Source: Crocinitomicaceae bacterium | GTDB taxonomy: Bacteria > Bacteroidota > Bacteroidia > Flavobacteriales_D > Crocinitomicaceae | Length of the DNA stretch: 64,000 nt | Assembly: GCA_030833845.1 (NCBI GenBank) | Contig: JAURGK010000001.1 | Coordinates: forward strand, 97,468-161,467 | Direction of reading: 5' to 3' | Shown: positions 18,469 to 26,273 of the stretch, in pieces | How the letters are laid out: each line of letters begins with the position of its first letter | How positions within the stretch are numbered: position 1 is the first letter of the stretch | Notes under the pieces: model-generated | The model's input: the letters and a program-made list of their open reading frames with translations, nothing else | The model's database searches: none | What the model was told of the DNA's origin: nothing | Made by a program: the position numbers and the translations under genes

Positions 18469-18476
18469 CAAATATA
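18469..18476 (-). promoter_or_regulatory. -7 promoter box TAtaTTTG (minus strand) for rpsO
   Basis: Plus-strand CAAATATA, 57 nt upstream of the rpsO ATG. A palindromic hairpin TGGCCA-CCT-TGGCCA (18445-18459) lies in the predicted 5' UTR. Confidence 0.45.
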
Positions 18477-18525
18477 GGTACTTTTTTTGATTCCTACAAA
18501 TTAACGCTTGGCGCACAATTAATGT

Positions 18526-18533
18526 TATCTTTG
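18526..18533 (+). promoter_or_regulatory. -7 promoter box TAtcTTTG placed immediately before the riboswitch
   Basis: Exact TAnnTTTG ending 2 nt before the P1-like 5' arm of the riboswitch. Confidence 0.5.
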
Positions 18534-18535
18534 TC

Positions 18536-18699
18536 CTGTTCTTGGGTATTCGCTTGTCGAACTTAAAAAGGAATCCGGTTAGAATCCGGAGCTGTATCTG
18601 CAGCTGTAAGTGTTTGAAAAGTATTTCCAATTTGCCACTGCGCTTGCGGGAAGGCTGAAAATGCAAAAAGCACGAGCCAGAAGACTTGCCTTAGAACAG
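18536..18699 (+). promoter_or_regulatory. Cobalamin (B12) riboswitch aptamer
   Basis: The conserved strings appear in canonical order. AAAAAGGAATCCGGTTAGAATCCGGAGCTG...CAGCTGTAAG is nearly collinear with the E. coli btuB leader GGGAAUCCAGUGCGAAUCUGGAGCUGACGCGCAGCGGUAAGG. GCCACTG is at 18634-40 and GGGAAGGC at 18648-55. The B12 box GAGCCAGAAGACTTGCC is at 18674-90. Closing helix is CTGTTCT (18536-42) / AGAACAG (18693-99). Confidence 0.88.
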
Positions 18700-18727
18700 C
18701 GTGAAGACTTCAGATTAAAGTCGGTAT

Positions 18728-18766
18728 CGCCCGGGGCTTCGTATACCCCGGCCGCTCCACTTTTTT
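18728..18766 (+). terminator. Possible riboswitch expression platform (terminator-like hairpin plus T6)
   Basis: Stem CCGGGG/CCCCGG (18731-36 and 18746-51), extendable by CG/CG across one mismatch. The T6 run at 18761-66 starts 7-9 nt after the stem, so this is not a canonical terminator. Confidence 0.3.
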
Positions 18767-18800
18767 CCATGTCCTTGTTTAATTTTTAAATTTTCAAAAC

Positions 18801-20054
18801 ATGAAAAAAGGATTATTATTTGCCGCTGTGTTATGCAGCTTTGGGCTTTTAGCTCAACAGTACACACACCAAGTACTCATTGCCAATGAGGGCTTCTTTG
18901 ATTTTCAAACCAACGCCATTCTCGAACCTGCTACAATAGGCAGCTATGACCCCATTTCTCAGACCTATACCGTTGTAGACACCCTAGAGGGCCAACGATT
19001 TAGCTCAGACGTAGTCATTGACGGGAATGTCTACTTTGTAGCTGCCGATACAAAAATCTTCAAATACGACCTCAATACACATCAGGCCCTTGGCAGCATT
19101 AGCCTCCCTGGTGTACGCAACCTAGCAGTTGCAGGAAATAAACTTGTTGCCACACGTGGCGAGTATCTTCAAACCTATGATTCTTATTTATCTGTTTTTG
19201 ATAAAAACACGCTTCAATTATTGGTTGCTTTTGACACCATTCAAGGCCCCAAATGGGCAACTCAAAATGTAGTGGTGGTGAATAACATCGCTTACATTGC
19301 TGTGAATAACGCATATGAATGGGGGAATGAAAAAGGAATCATTGGGCAACTAAACCTCAATACACTCAGCTATGGTTCGGAAATCGACTTGGGGCCGGAA
19401 GGAAAAAATCCAGACAACCTTTTTGTCTTTAACAATGCGCTTTATTCGGTGAATAATAAAGACTGGTCTGGAACATCTGTTTCCAAAATAGATTTTAATG
19501 GCTCTGTAAATACCCAAAATATTTCAAATGCCACTACAGGTTGTGGCACTTCAGCACTCAGAGAGGATAAATTAATTTATCAAATCTCCCTCGAAAATAC
19601 ACTCAACGATTACAATCTTCTTGACATGAGCGCAGTTGGGCCAGTTGCAGGAATCAGTATGAATTTTTACGAGCTTTCCTTTAATGCTATTGAGAATTTG
19701 CTTTACACTTCAACAACTGATTTCTTTTCACAAGGAGCAGTACAAATCTTCGATGCAAACAACGCCTTAACTCACCAATTTAATGTGGGCGTATCACCCG
19801 GCACCATTGTATTTGATATTCGTTCAAGTGCCAACTTGTTAGAATCAAAATCAAATTTAAGCATCTTCCCCAATCCATCGAACGGTGTTTTTAACTTAAA
19901 TGGCCTTGATCAGTCCACAAACTATACGGTGCACAATGCAGCAGGACAAGAAATTCTTAGAGCTAATGCAAGTACGCTGGATCTAAATGAATTTAACAGT
20001 GGGATCTATTTTTTACATTATGGCTCGACTTGTTACAAACTTGTCAAAAATTAA
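18801..20054 (+). CDS. T9SS-sorted secreted protein with a repetitive beta-propeller-like body (YncE/BtuG-like by pattern). It is the sole gene under the cobalamin riboswitch.
   Basis: Signal peptide MKKGLLFAAVLCSFGLLAQQ. About 330 aa of recurring blade-like beta segments (e.g. VYFVAADTKIFKYDLNT, NKLVATRGE..YLSVFDKNT, NIAYIAVNN...IIGQLNLNT, NALYSVNNK..SVSKIDFNG, GVSPGTIVFD). T9SS CTD is LSIFPNPSNGVFNLNG...SGIYFLHYGSTCYKLVKN. Confidence 0.8.
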   Translation: MKKGLLFAAVLCSFGLLAQQYTHQVLIANEGFFDFQTNAILEPATIGSYDPISQTYTVVDTLEGQRFSSDVVIDGNVYFVAADTKIFKYDLNTHQALGSISLPGVRNLAVAGNKLVATRGEYLQTYDSYLSVFDKNTLQLLVAFDTIQGPKWATQNVVVVNNIAYIAVNNAYEWGNEKGIIGQLNLNTLSYGSEIDLGPEGKNPDNLFVFNNALYSVNNKDWSGTSVSKIDFNGSVNTQNISNATTGCGTSALREDKLIYQISLENTLNDYNLLDMSAVGPVAGISMNFYELSFNAIENLLYTSTTDFFSQGAVQIFDANNALTHQFNVGVSPGTIVFDIRSSANLLESKSNLSIFPNPSNGVFNLNGLDQSTNYTVHNAAGQEILRANASTLDLNEFNSGIYFLHYGSTCYKLVKN

Positions 20055-20076
20055 TTCCAAACTACAACACAAAAAA

Positions 20077-20102
20077 GGCTGTCCAAAAGGATGGCCTTTT
20101 TT
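20077..20102 (+). terminator. Intrinsic terminator after the riboswitch-controlled gene
   Basis: 8-bp stem GGCTGTCC/GGATGGCC (two G-U pairs) with loop AAAA, followed by T6. Confidence 0.7.
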
Positions 20103-20111
20103 GTGTTTGTT

Positions 20112-20119
20112 TATCTTTG
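20112..20119 (+). promoter_or_regulatory. -7 promoter box TAtcTTTG, 4 nt upstream of the PRTase ATG
   Basis: TATCTTTG-TTGT-ATG. This geometry predicts a leaderless or near-leaderless transcript. Confidence 0.5.
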
Positions 20120-20123
20120 TTGT

Positions 20124-20618
20124 ATGCAAACGATCCTCAATCAGCAGCAAATAGAGCAAAAAATAATCAGGCTTGGGCATCAACTCATAGAAGATGCCTT
20201 TGATCAAGATCAAATATACATAGGTGGAATTGTAGGTAACGGCTTTACGTTTGCCCAACAATTGGCAGAGGTCATTACTCAAAATAGCAATATTCAAATT
20301 GTTTGTTTTGAAATCAAGCTCAATAAGGATGAACCTTGGAACCACCCAATTGAATTTTCAATTGAGCACAAACGCTTAAAAAATTCATACATCATTCTTG
20401 TTGATGATGTTGTGAATAGTGGTAAAACCATGCAATATGCTTTACTGAAGTTTTTGGAACAAGCCACCAAGGCAATCAAAACCGTTGCCCTTATTGATCG
20501 ACAACATCGCCGTTATCCGATTAAAACAGATTTTGCAGGCTTAAGTCTTTCTACAACACTCAAAAATCATGTAGAAGTGGACCTCAGCGAACAGAATGCT
20601 AAAGTATTTTTATACTAA
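20124..20618 (+). CDS. Phosphoribosyltransferase family protein (PyrR-like type I PRTase)
   Basis: PRPP-binding motif YIILVDDVVNSGKTM. Start set at MQTILNQQQIEQKI, because the upstream part of the ORF overlaps the terminator and promoter. Confidence 0.8.
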   Translation: MQTILNQQQIEQKIIRLGHQLIEDAFDQDQIYIGGIVGNGFTFAQQLAEVITQNSNIQIVCFEIKLNKDEPWNHPIEFSIEHKRLKNSYIILVDDVVNSGKTMQYALLKFLEQATKAIKTVALIDRQHRRYPIKTDFAGLSLSTTLKNHVEVDLSEQNAKVFLY

Positions 20619-21445
20619 TGAAACGAATCACAGAATCCGAATCTGTTTTTAATCAACTTGAGCAAATGAGCACCAAAGCTTTGCTCGAAGGCATCAATTC
20701 TCAAGATCAACTCGTGCCGTTGGCTGTAGAAAAAATAATTCCTGAGATTGAAGCATTTATTGATGATTGCTTTAAACGCATGCTCAAAGGTGGTCGCTTA
20801 TTTTACATCGGAGCAGGCACAAGTGGCAGATTAGGTATTGTAGATGCCAGTGAATGCCCTCCCACCTTTGGTGTTGAACACGGGCGGGTAATCGGTTTGA
20901 TAGCGGGCGGCGACAGCGCTATAAGAAAAGCTGTTGAATTTGCCGAAGACGACCCAACTCAAGGGTGGAAAGATATCCTTGAACATCAACCTAACTCAAT
21001 GGACTCACTCATTGGGATCGCCGCATCGGGCACCACACCCTATGTTTTAGGAGCTATCAAAGCTGCAAAGGAATTTGGAATATTGACCGCTGGGTTATCA
21101 TGCAACCCAAATTCACCACTTTCCACCTTGGCACAACACCCCTTAACCCCTGTGGTTGGGCCCGAGTTTTTGACAGGCAGTACACGAATGAAATCAGGTA
21201 CAGCCCAAAAACTAGTGCTCAATATGATATCAACAAGTTTGATGATTAAATTAGGACATGTGAAAGGCAACCGAATGGTTGATATGCAACTTTCCAATGA
21301 AAAACTTGTGCTCCGTGGTTCAGCAATGGTAGCAGAAGAACTACAAATAGACATGGACTTGGCTCAAAAATGGCTACTAGCCAATGGTTCAGTGCGCAAA
21401 GCAATTGAGGCCTACCAAAAACAACACAACAATGAGCAACTTTGA
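20618..21445 (+). CDS. murQ: N-acetylmuramic acid 6-phosphate etherase
   Basis: SIS-domain motifs GAGTSGRLGIVDASECPPTFG, IGIAASGTTPYV and GSTRMKSGTAQKLVLNMIST. The start overlaps the upstream stop (TAATG). Confidence 0.92.
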   Translation: MKRITESESVFNQLEQMSTKALLEGINSQDQLVPLAVEKIIPEIEAFIDDCFKRMLKGGRLFYIGAGTSGRLGIVDASECPPTFGVEHGRVIGLIAGGDSAIRKAVEFAEDDPTQGWKDILEHQPNSMDSLIGIAASGTTPYVLGAIKAAKEFGILTAGLSCNPNSPLSTLAQHPLTPVVGPEFLTGSTRMKSGTAQKLVLNMISTSLMIKLGHVKGNRMVDMQLSNEKLVLRGSAMVAEELQIDMDLAQKWLLANGSVRKAIEAYQKQHNNEQL

Positions 21446-22475
21446 TCCAAACGGCGTTGGTATAGCTAATGGAAATATTTTTGGTTTTCCTTACAATGAA
21501 AATGAAGCCGATATTGTCCTAATTCCCGTGCCTTGGGATGCAACTGCCTCGTATGGTAAAGGAACAAGTAAGGGGCCACAAGCCATTCTCGAGGCCTCAA
21601 CGCAACTTGATTTTTACCATCCGCAATTGCCCGCCGCCTACGAGACTAAAATCTTCATGTCGCCGGTTTCTATGGAATGGTTAGAAATCAATGATCGGCT
21701 TTGTCTTGAGGGGCAACAATACATTGACTATCTTGAGCAAGTAGGTGAAGAACAAGCTAGGCAGCGCTACAGCGACACCCTTCAACAAATTAACGAGGCC
21801 CATCAAGCCCTTCGTCAGCACCTCAAGGAACGATGCCTCCACTTGTTGTCAGATCAAAAAATCCCCTGTGTTTTGGGAGGTGAACACTCCACCCCACTCG
21901 GGTTGTTAGAAGCGCTCGATTCACAATACGAGGCATTTGGAATTTTACAAATAGATGCTCATGCAGACTTACGAGATGCCTATGAAGGATTCTCACAATC
22001 TCATGCCAGTATCATGTTCAACGCACTCAAAGAATTAAAACACCTTGAAATTCTGACCCAAGTAGGTATCAGAGATGTATCGGAAAAAGAAGTTGAATTG
22101 GCTGCAAGCGATCCACGCATCCACACCTTTTACGACTGGGACCTAAAAAACGCTCAATATAACGGCATCACTTGGGCCCAACAAGTGCAACAAATCATTG
22201 CTACACTGCCTCAAAAGGTATATATCTCCTTTGACATCGATGGGCTCTTGCCAAGTTTGTGCCCGCATACAGGTACTCCGGTTGCAGGTGGCTTTGAACT
22301 TCAGGAGGTTGCCTATTTATTTTTTGAGCTAGTAAAGAGTGGCCGCCAAATCATCGGATTTGATCTAAATGAGGTAGCACCAGGAGCTGAAGGTGATTGG
22401 GATGCCAATGTTGGCGCACGTGCTTTGTGGCATCTTGTTTGCGCTACAGAACTCAGCAGAAGAAAACACCCATGA
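21432..22475 (+). CDS. Ureohydrolase family protein (agmatinase/formimidoylglutamase-like, Mn-dependent)
   Basis: Metal-binding motifs GGEHS, DAHADLRD and SFDIDGL. Start at MSNFDPNG, overlapping the murQ 3' end by 14 nt. Confidence 0.85.
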   Translation: MSNFDPNGVGIANGNIFGFPYNENEADIVLIPVPWDATASYGKGTSKGPQAILEASTQLDFYHPQLPAAYETKIFMSPVSMEWLEINDRLCLEGQQYIDYLEQVGEEQARQRYSDTLQQINEAHQALRQHLKERCLHLLSDQKIPCVLGGEHSTPLGLLEALDSQYEAFGILQIDAHADLRDAYEGFSQSHASIMFNALKELKHLEILTQVGIRDVSEKEVELAASDPRIHTFYDWDLKNAQYNGITWAQQVQQIIATLPQKVYISFDIDGLLPSLCPHTGTPVAGGFELQEVAYLFFELVKSGRQIIGFDLNEVAPGAEGDWDANVGARALWHLVCATELSRRKHP

Positions 22476-22993
22476 AATTTACCTTCAATAAATTATTTAT
22501 AACGCTGAGTGCCCTTTTTGGATTACTGAGCTTATTTAGCATTTGGAATGTATATCATTGGGATGTGATTGGTTGGGGCAACCAACTTTTTTTATTTCCA
22601 TTCCTGACTATTATTTCTCTCTTGGCCTCTTTTAGTGTTAAAGAAAGATCACCTTGGGTTTTTATTCAAACAGGTTTGATGCTTTTGCATTGGCTGTTAT
22701 ATTTCTTGATTACAACACGTGTCATTGAACCTCGATTACTCCTGTTTTTATTACCAGTTTTGTTTTCCTCTGTTGCCTATATTTGGTCAAAGGCCCAACA
22801 AATCAATGAATTATCTTTAGGTAGAAAGCCAAAAAGTAAAACCAATCAGATTTATGTAGCACTGAGTATTGCGCTATTGTTTTATGTTGGCATGGCAATA
22901 TCCTCTAGTCAAATATTGTTGCTTCCTGGAATTCTAGTAGAAATTTTAGGCTACGTACTTTATTTTGCAACTTTTTCCCAAAAGAAAGATTAA
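22472..22993 (+). CDS. Small integral membrane protein of unknown function
   Basis: Several hydrophobic helices (LFITLSALFGLLSLFSIW, LFLFPFLTIISLLASF, and others). ATGA overlap with the upstream gene. Confidence 0.6.
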   Translation: MKFTFNKLFITLSALFGLLSLFSIWNVYHWDVIGWGNQLFLFPFLTIISLLASFSVKERSPWVFIQTGLMLLHWLLYFLITTRVIEPRLLLFLLPVLFSSVAYIWSKAQQINELSLGRKPKSKTNQIYVALSIALLFYVGMAISSSQILLLPGILVEILGYVLYFATFSQKKD

Positions 22994-23643
22994 GGAATTC
23001 TACCAAAGCCCACGAGTCGCTTTTGCCAATAGGGTGAATTTTCTAATTCGGTTATAATGATTCCTTTGGAGGAGCTTGCATGAATCATTTTTTTTGGCGT
23101 TCCTTCTGCCGACACAATGATGCCTACATGGCTCACTTCCTGTTTCTCTGCAAAAAAGACCAGATCTCCAGCTCTGACATCAGCAGAACTCACTTTTTGA
23201 CAGAACTCATACTGAAGTACTGCGCGTCTCGGTAAGTTTTGTCCATTTTTTTCAAAAACGTAACACACAAAACCGCTACAATCAAATCCATTGGTGTCAT
23301 TACCCCCGTATTTATATGGTATACCCAGGTGATTTTCTGCCTCCTGGATTATTGCTTGAGTTTGATCGATGCTTTTGGGCATCCATTCAATTTCAAAACC
23401 ATGTCTTTGGGCCCAATGGTTCCAAGGGATATCTTTGGACAGTTCTTGGGCGGCTAAAATTCTATAATTGGACAGCTCTTGATTGTGTTCATAGGCTGGG
23501 TTCATCATTAAACGACCTGCCCTTCGGTATACCATTTTATAATGACCTTGATTGTATAAGATTTTTAACTTTTCTATTTTAACATCTTGGGCTTGAATGT
23601 CTCCGATCCATAAAATAAAAAAAAATGGAATGATATACCTCAT
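22990..23643 (-). CDS. NlpC/P60 (C40) family cell-wall peptidase, secreted
   Basis: Signal peptide. Catalytic Cys region YKYGGNDTNGFDCSGFVCYVF and His region SHVGIIV. Confidence 0.88.
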   Translation of the reverse strand: MRYIIPFFFILWIGDIQAQDVKIEKLKILYNQGHYKMVYRRAGRLMMNPAYEHNQELSNYRILAAQELSKDIPWNHWAQRHGFEIEWMPKSIDQTQAIIQEAENHLGIPYKYGGNDTNGFDCSGFVCYVFEKNGQNLPRRAVLQYEFCQKVSSADVRAGDLVFFAEKQEVSHVGIIVSAEGTPKKMIHASSSKGIIITELENSPYWQKRLVGFGRIP

Positions 23644-23645
23644 GA

Positions 23646-24740
23646 TTAATTGGAATATATGCGCCCATTTGCGTATACAATAGAAGTCAGATTGGGTAGT
23701 TTTACCAAAACTTTGTTGCCATAGATTTCAAAATCGGCATTCTGAAAATTGGTGATTTCATTCAAAACACCATCCACCAAAGCGCTTGTGCCTCCGATGA
23801 TGTTTCTAAAAACCAGAACGTTATTCTTCAAAACATACGATTGAGGCAAATAAGTAGCCACTTGAATTCGCTGCTGATCGGTATAGGCAAAAAAGTAAGA
23901 ATTTTCCATCCAAACACAGATATCATCTTTGACGTCCCAATGATCTGTAGAAAAATTTGAAAGAGCAGTTTTCTGACCATTCTGATAATGCCAAAGATTG
24001 CCGTTCATATCTTCATAAACGACAAAGCCTCTACCTGCCTTGTATTTTTTAATTGGAAAGGACTCAAGCTCTACAAAAACACCCTTGTCGAAGGCAAAAA
24101 AAGATTGCGTGTATGGATCCTTGAAACACAGCACATCTGTGCCCAATTGAAAATCAAGAATTTCTTCATTGTAGGTGCCGATTTCAAATTTTTGACCGTG
24201 CCAGTACACAAAATAAGTGTTGCTATTGTCTTTGTAAACTACCAGGTTTTCACCCACTTGCGCATTCATTGAAAGGCCGTTGGTTAGGGTAACTAAGCTT
24301 TCAATTTGGTCATTCCAATAAACCTTGAGGGCTTGGTATCTGGTGTCTTCAAAAACAATGAGGCTATCTTTGACGATGAAATCACGACCAAAATTCGTCA
24401 ATACCGTAAATTTACCCGCATCCCACATGCGCAAACCGTTTGCAATGCGATAAGCCATTAAATGATCCGACACCTGGTAATCTACATTTAGTGTTGTGAC
24501 GTCGATGCGCTGATTGCCATCATAAAGCTTCAAATTTCCTCGGGTGTCAATGTATGCGATAATTTCGTCTCCCGCTTTGTAGCTCACAATAGGTTGTATT
24601 TCAATCGGACGAAAAAAACCTTCCTGGAATGCAACAAAATAATTATTGAAGTCCATTGTAGGAACCATGCCTTGTGCGTGGCTTTCGTTAAATAACAAGG
24701 TACTTACAACAAGGCCCAAAAACAATCTTTTCAACAGCAT
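23646..24740 (-). CDS. Secreted beta-rich hypothetical protein
   Basis: Signal peptide MLLKRLFLGLVVSTLLFNESHAQ. Repetitive Y/W/D-rich beta-strand segments. No recognisable catalytic motif. Confidence 0.6.
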   Translation of the reverse strand: MLLKRLFLGLVVSTLLFNESHAQGMVPTMDFNNYFVAFQEGFFRPIEIQPIVSYKAGDEIIAYIDTRGNLKLYDGNQRIDVTTLNVDYQVSDHLMAYRIANGLRMWDAGKFTVLTNFGRDFIVKDSLIVFEDTRYQALKVYWNDQIESLVTLTNGLSMNAQVGENLVVYKDNSNTYFVYWHGQKFEIGTYNEEILDFQLGTDVLCFKDPYTQSFFAFDKGVFVELESFPIKKYKAGRGFVVYEDMNGNLWHYQNGQKTALSNFSTDHWDVKDDICVWMENSYFFAYTDQQRIQVATYLPQSYVLKNNVLVFRNIIGGTSALVDGVLNEITNFQNADFEIYGNKVLVKLPNLTSIVYANGRIYSN

Positions 24741-24744
24741 TGTT

Positions 24745-24752
24745 CAAAGTTA
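24745..24752 (-). promoter_or_regulatory. -7 promoter box TAacTTTG (minus strand), 4 nt upstream of the ATG at 24740
   Basis: Plus-strand CAAAGTTA. On the minus strand it reads TAACTTTG-AACA-ATG. Confidence 0.5.
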
Positions 24753-24802
24753 TCAAAATTTGGACCATTCGCCGTATCTTAGTGGCTCATATTGAAAAGT
24801 CT

Positions 24803-26269
24803 ATGAAAAAATCAATTTTATTTAGTTTTCTATTGCTTGGCAGCCCTATCATTTGGAGCCAACAAAAGATCAATTACACCTCCTATGATTTGGCCAATGG
24901 CCTGCACGTCATTTTGCATGAAGAACATGCCACGCCAATAGTAGCAGTATCGGTACTCTACCATGTTGGGTCTAAAAATGAAAATCCGAATAGAACAGGA
25001 TTCGCACACTTTTTTGAACACCTACTTTTTGAAGGTAGTGCCAATATTGACAGAGGTGAGTACAGTGAACTTGTTGAAAAAAACGGTGGTACACTCAATG
25101 CCAATACATCCCAAGATCGCACTTATTACTACGAAGTGTTGCCATCCAATCAATTGGAATTAGGCATTTGGCTTGAGAGTGAACGCATGCTCCATGCCAA
25201 AGTTGATATCAAGGGCATTGAAACACAAAGGAGCGTTGTCAAAGAAGAAAAAAGACAAAGAGTTGACAACCAACCCTACGGCTCATTTTTTACTGAAATG
25301 TTCAAGCGGGTATTTACTGCTCACCCCTACAATTGGGCGCCTATCGGCAGCATGGAACACCTTGATGCAGCCCAAGAAGAGGACTATGTGAATTTTTACA
25401 AAACATTTTATGTGCCTTCAAATGCGACACTTTCAATAGCTGGTGACATTGATATAGAACAAACTAAAAAGTGGATAGAGTTATATTTTGGTAGCATACC
25501 TAAAGGGCAGGCTATCAATTTGTATCGCGACTATGTGAATTTAAATGACGAAGATTTTTTGAGCCGCTACAGCCTTGAAAAATCTGGGTTCAACCAGAAA
25601 AACTTCTTAGCAACCACAGACCCAGCGGCCAATAAAATGATTACCTACATGAGTAATCAGCCCTGTCAAATTGATAGACCAAGTAAAGATAAAACGCCCT
25701 TGGTGGGAATCATAAAAGATACCATTTACGACAATATCCAATTGCCGGCCTTGTTTATGGGTTTTAAAATGCCAGCACAAACGCATCCAGACACCTATGC
25801 CTTGGAGTTCTTAAATGAAGTACTTTCGAGCGGAAGCTCTTCAAGAATCAATAAAGAAATTGTTGAAAAGCGACAACTTGCACAATTTGCCTTTTCTTTC
25901 AATTACGGACTTGAAGATGCCGGAATCGGCATCATGGCAGCTATCGCCCCTCAAGATGTAGCGCTAGATACGCTGCTCCTTGCTTTTGACGAGCAAATTG
26001 TGCGCATCAAGAGTGAACTCATCAGTGAGGAGGAATTTCAAAAAGTGAGAAATAAGTTTGAAAATGACATAGCATCGAGCAATGCTAGTATTGCCGGAAT
26101 TGCTGAAAACCTTGCAGACAACCACGTGTATTTTGGTTCTGCAGACCGTGTAAATACCTTGCTTTCTAATTATTTAAATGTAACGCGTGAAGATATCATG
26201 CGCGTTGCAAATACCTATCTTACTCAAGACGCTCGCGTCATTCTTTATTACCTACCAAAAGAAAAATAA
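24803..26269 (+). CDS. M16 (pitrilysin) family zinc peptidase, active subunit
   Basis: Signal peptide MKKSILFSFLLLGSPIIWSQQ. Inverted zinc motif HFFEHLLFEG (HxxEH). Confidence 0.88.
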   Translation: MKKSILFSFLLLGSPIIWSQQKINYTSYDLANGLHVILHEEHATPIVAVSVLYHVGSKNENPNRTGFAHFFEHLLFEGSANIDRGEYSELVEKNGGTLNANTSQDRTYYYEVLPSNQLELGIWLESERMLHAKVDIKGIETQRSVVKEEKRQRVDNQPYGSFFTEMFKRVFTAHPYNWAPIGSMEHLDAAQEEDYVNFYKTFYVPSNATLSIAGDIDIEQTKKWIELYFGSIPKGQAINLYRDYVNLNDEDFLSRYSLEKSGFNQKNFLATTDPAANKMITYMSNQPCQIDRPSKDKTPLVGIIKDTIYDNIQLPALFMGFKMPAQTHPDTYALEFLNEVLSSGSSSRINKEIVEKRQLAQFAFSFNYGLEDAGIGIMAAIAPQDVALDTLLLAFDEQIVRIKSELISEEEFQKVRNKFENDIASSNASIAGIAENLADNHVYFGSADRVNTLLSNYLNVTREDIMRVANTYLTQDARVILYYLPKEK

Positions 26270-26273
26270 GCTC

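Noticed and set aside
18412-18666. The ORF track extends rpsO to a 174-aa protein (18142-18666).
   Set aside because: S15 is about 89 aa, and the conserved N-terminus MYLDSAKKKEIF starts at 18411. The extension would run through the rpsO promoter box and antisense across the cobalamin riboswitch. Its sequence (MHFQPSRKRSGKLEILFKHLQ...) looks non-protein-like.
18728-18766. Calling the hairpin after the riboswitch a definite transcription terminator, and therefore assigning a transcriptional OFF-switch mechanism.
   Set aside because: The T6 tract begins 7-9 nt after the stem, and I could not identify a clear anti-terminator alternative pairing by eye. It is kept only as a low-confidence feature, and the mechanism (transcriptional versus translational) is left open.
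18579-18770. A 63-aa minus-strand ORF in the rpsO / 18801 intergenic region.
   Set aside because: It lies entirely antisense to the riboswitch aptamer and expression platform. It has no promoter or conserved features and is best explained as a chance ORF.
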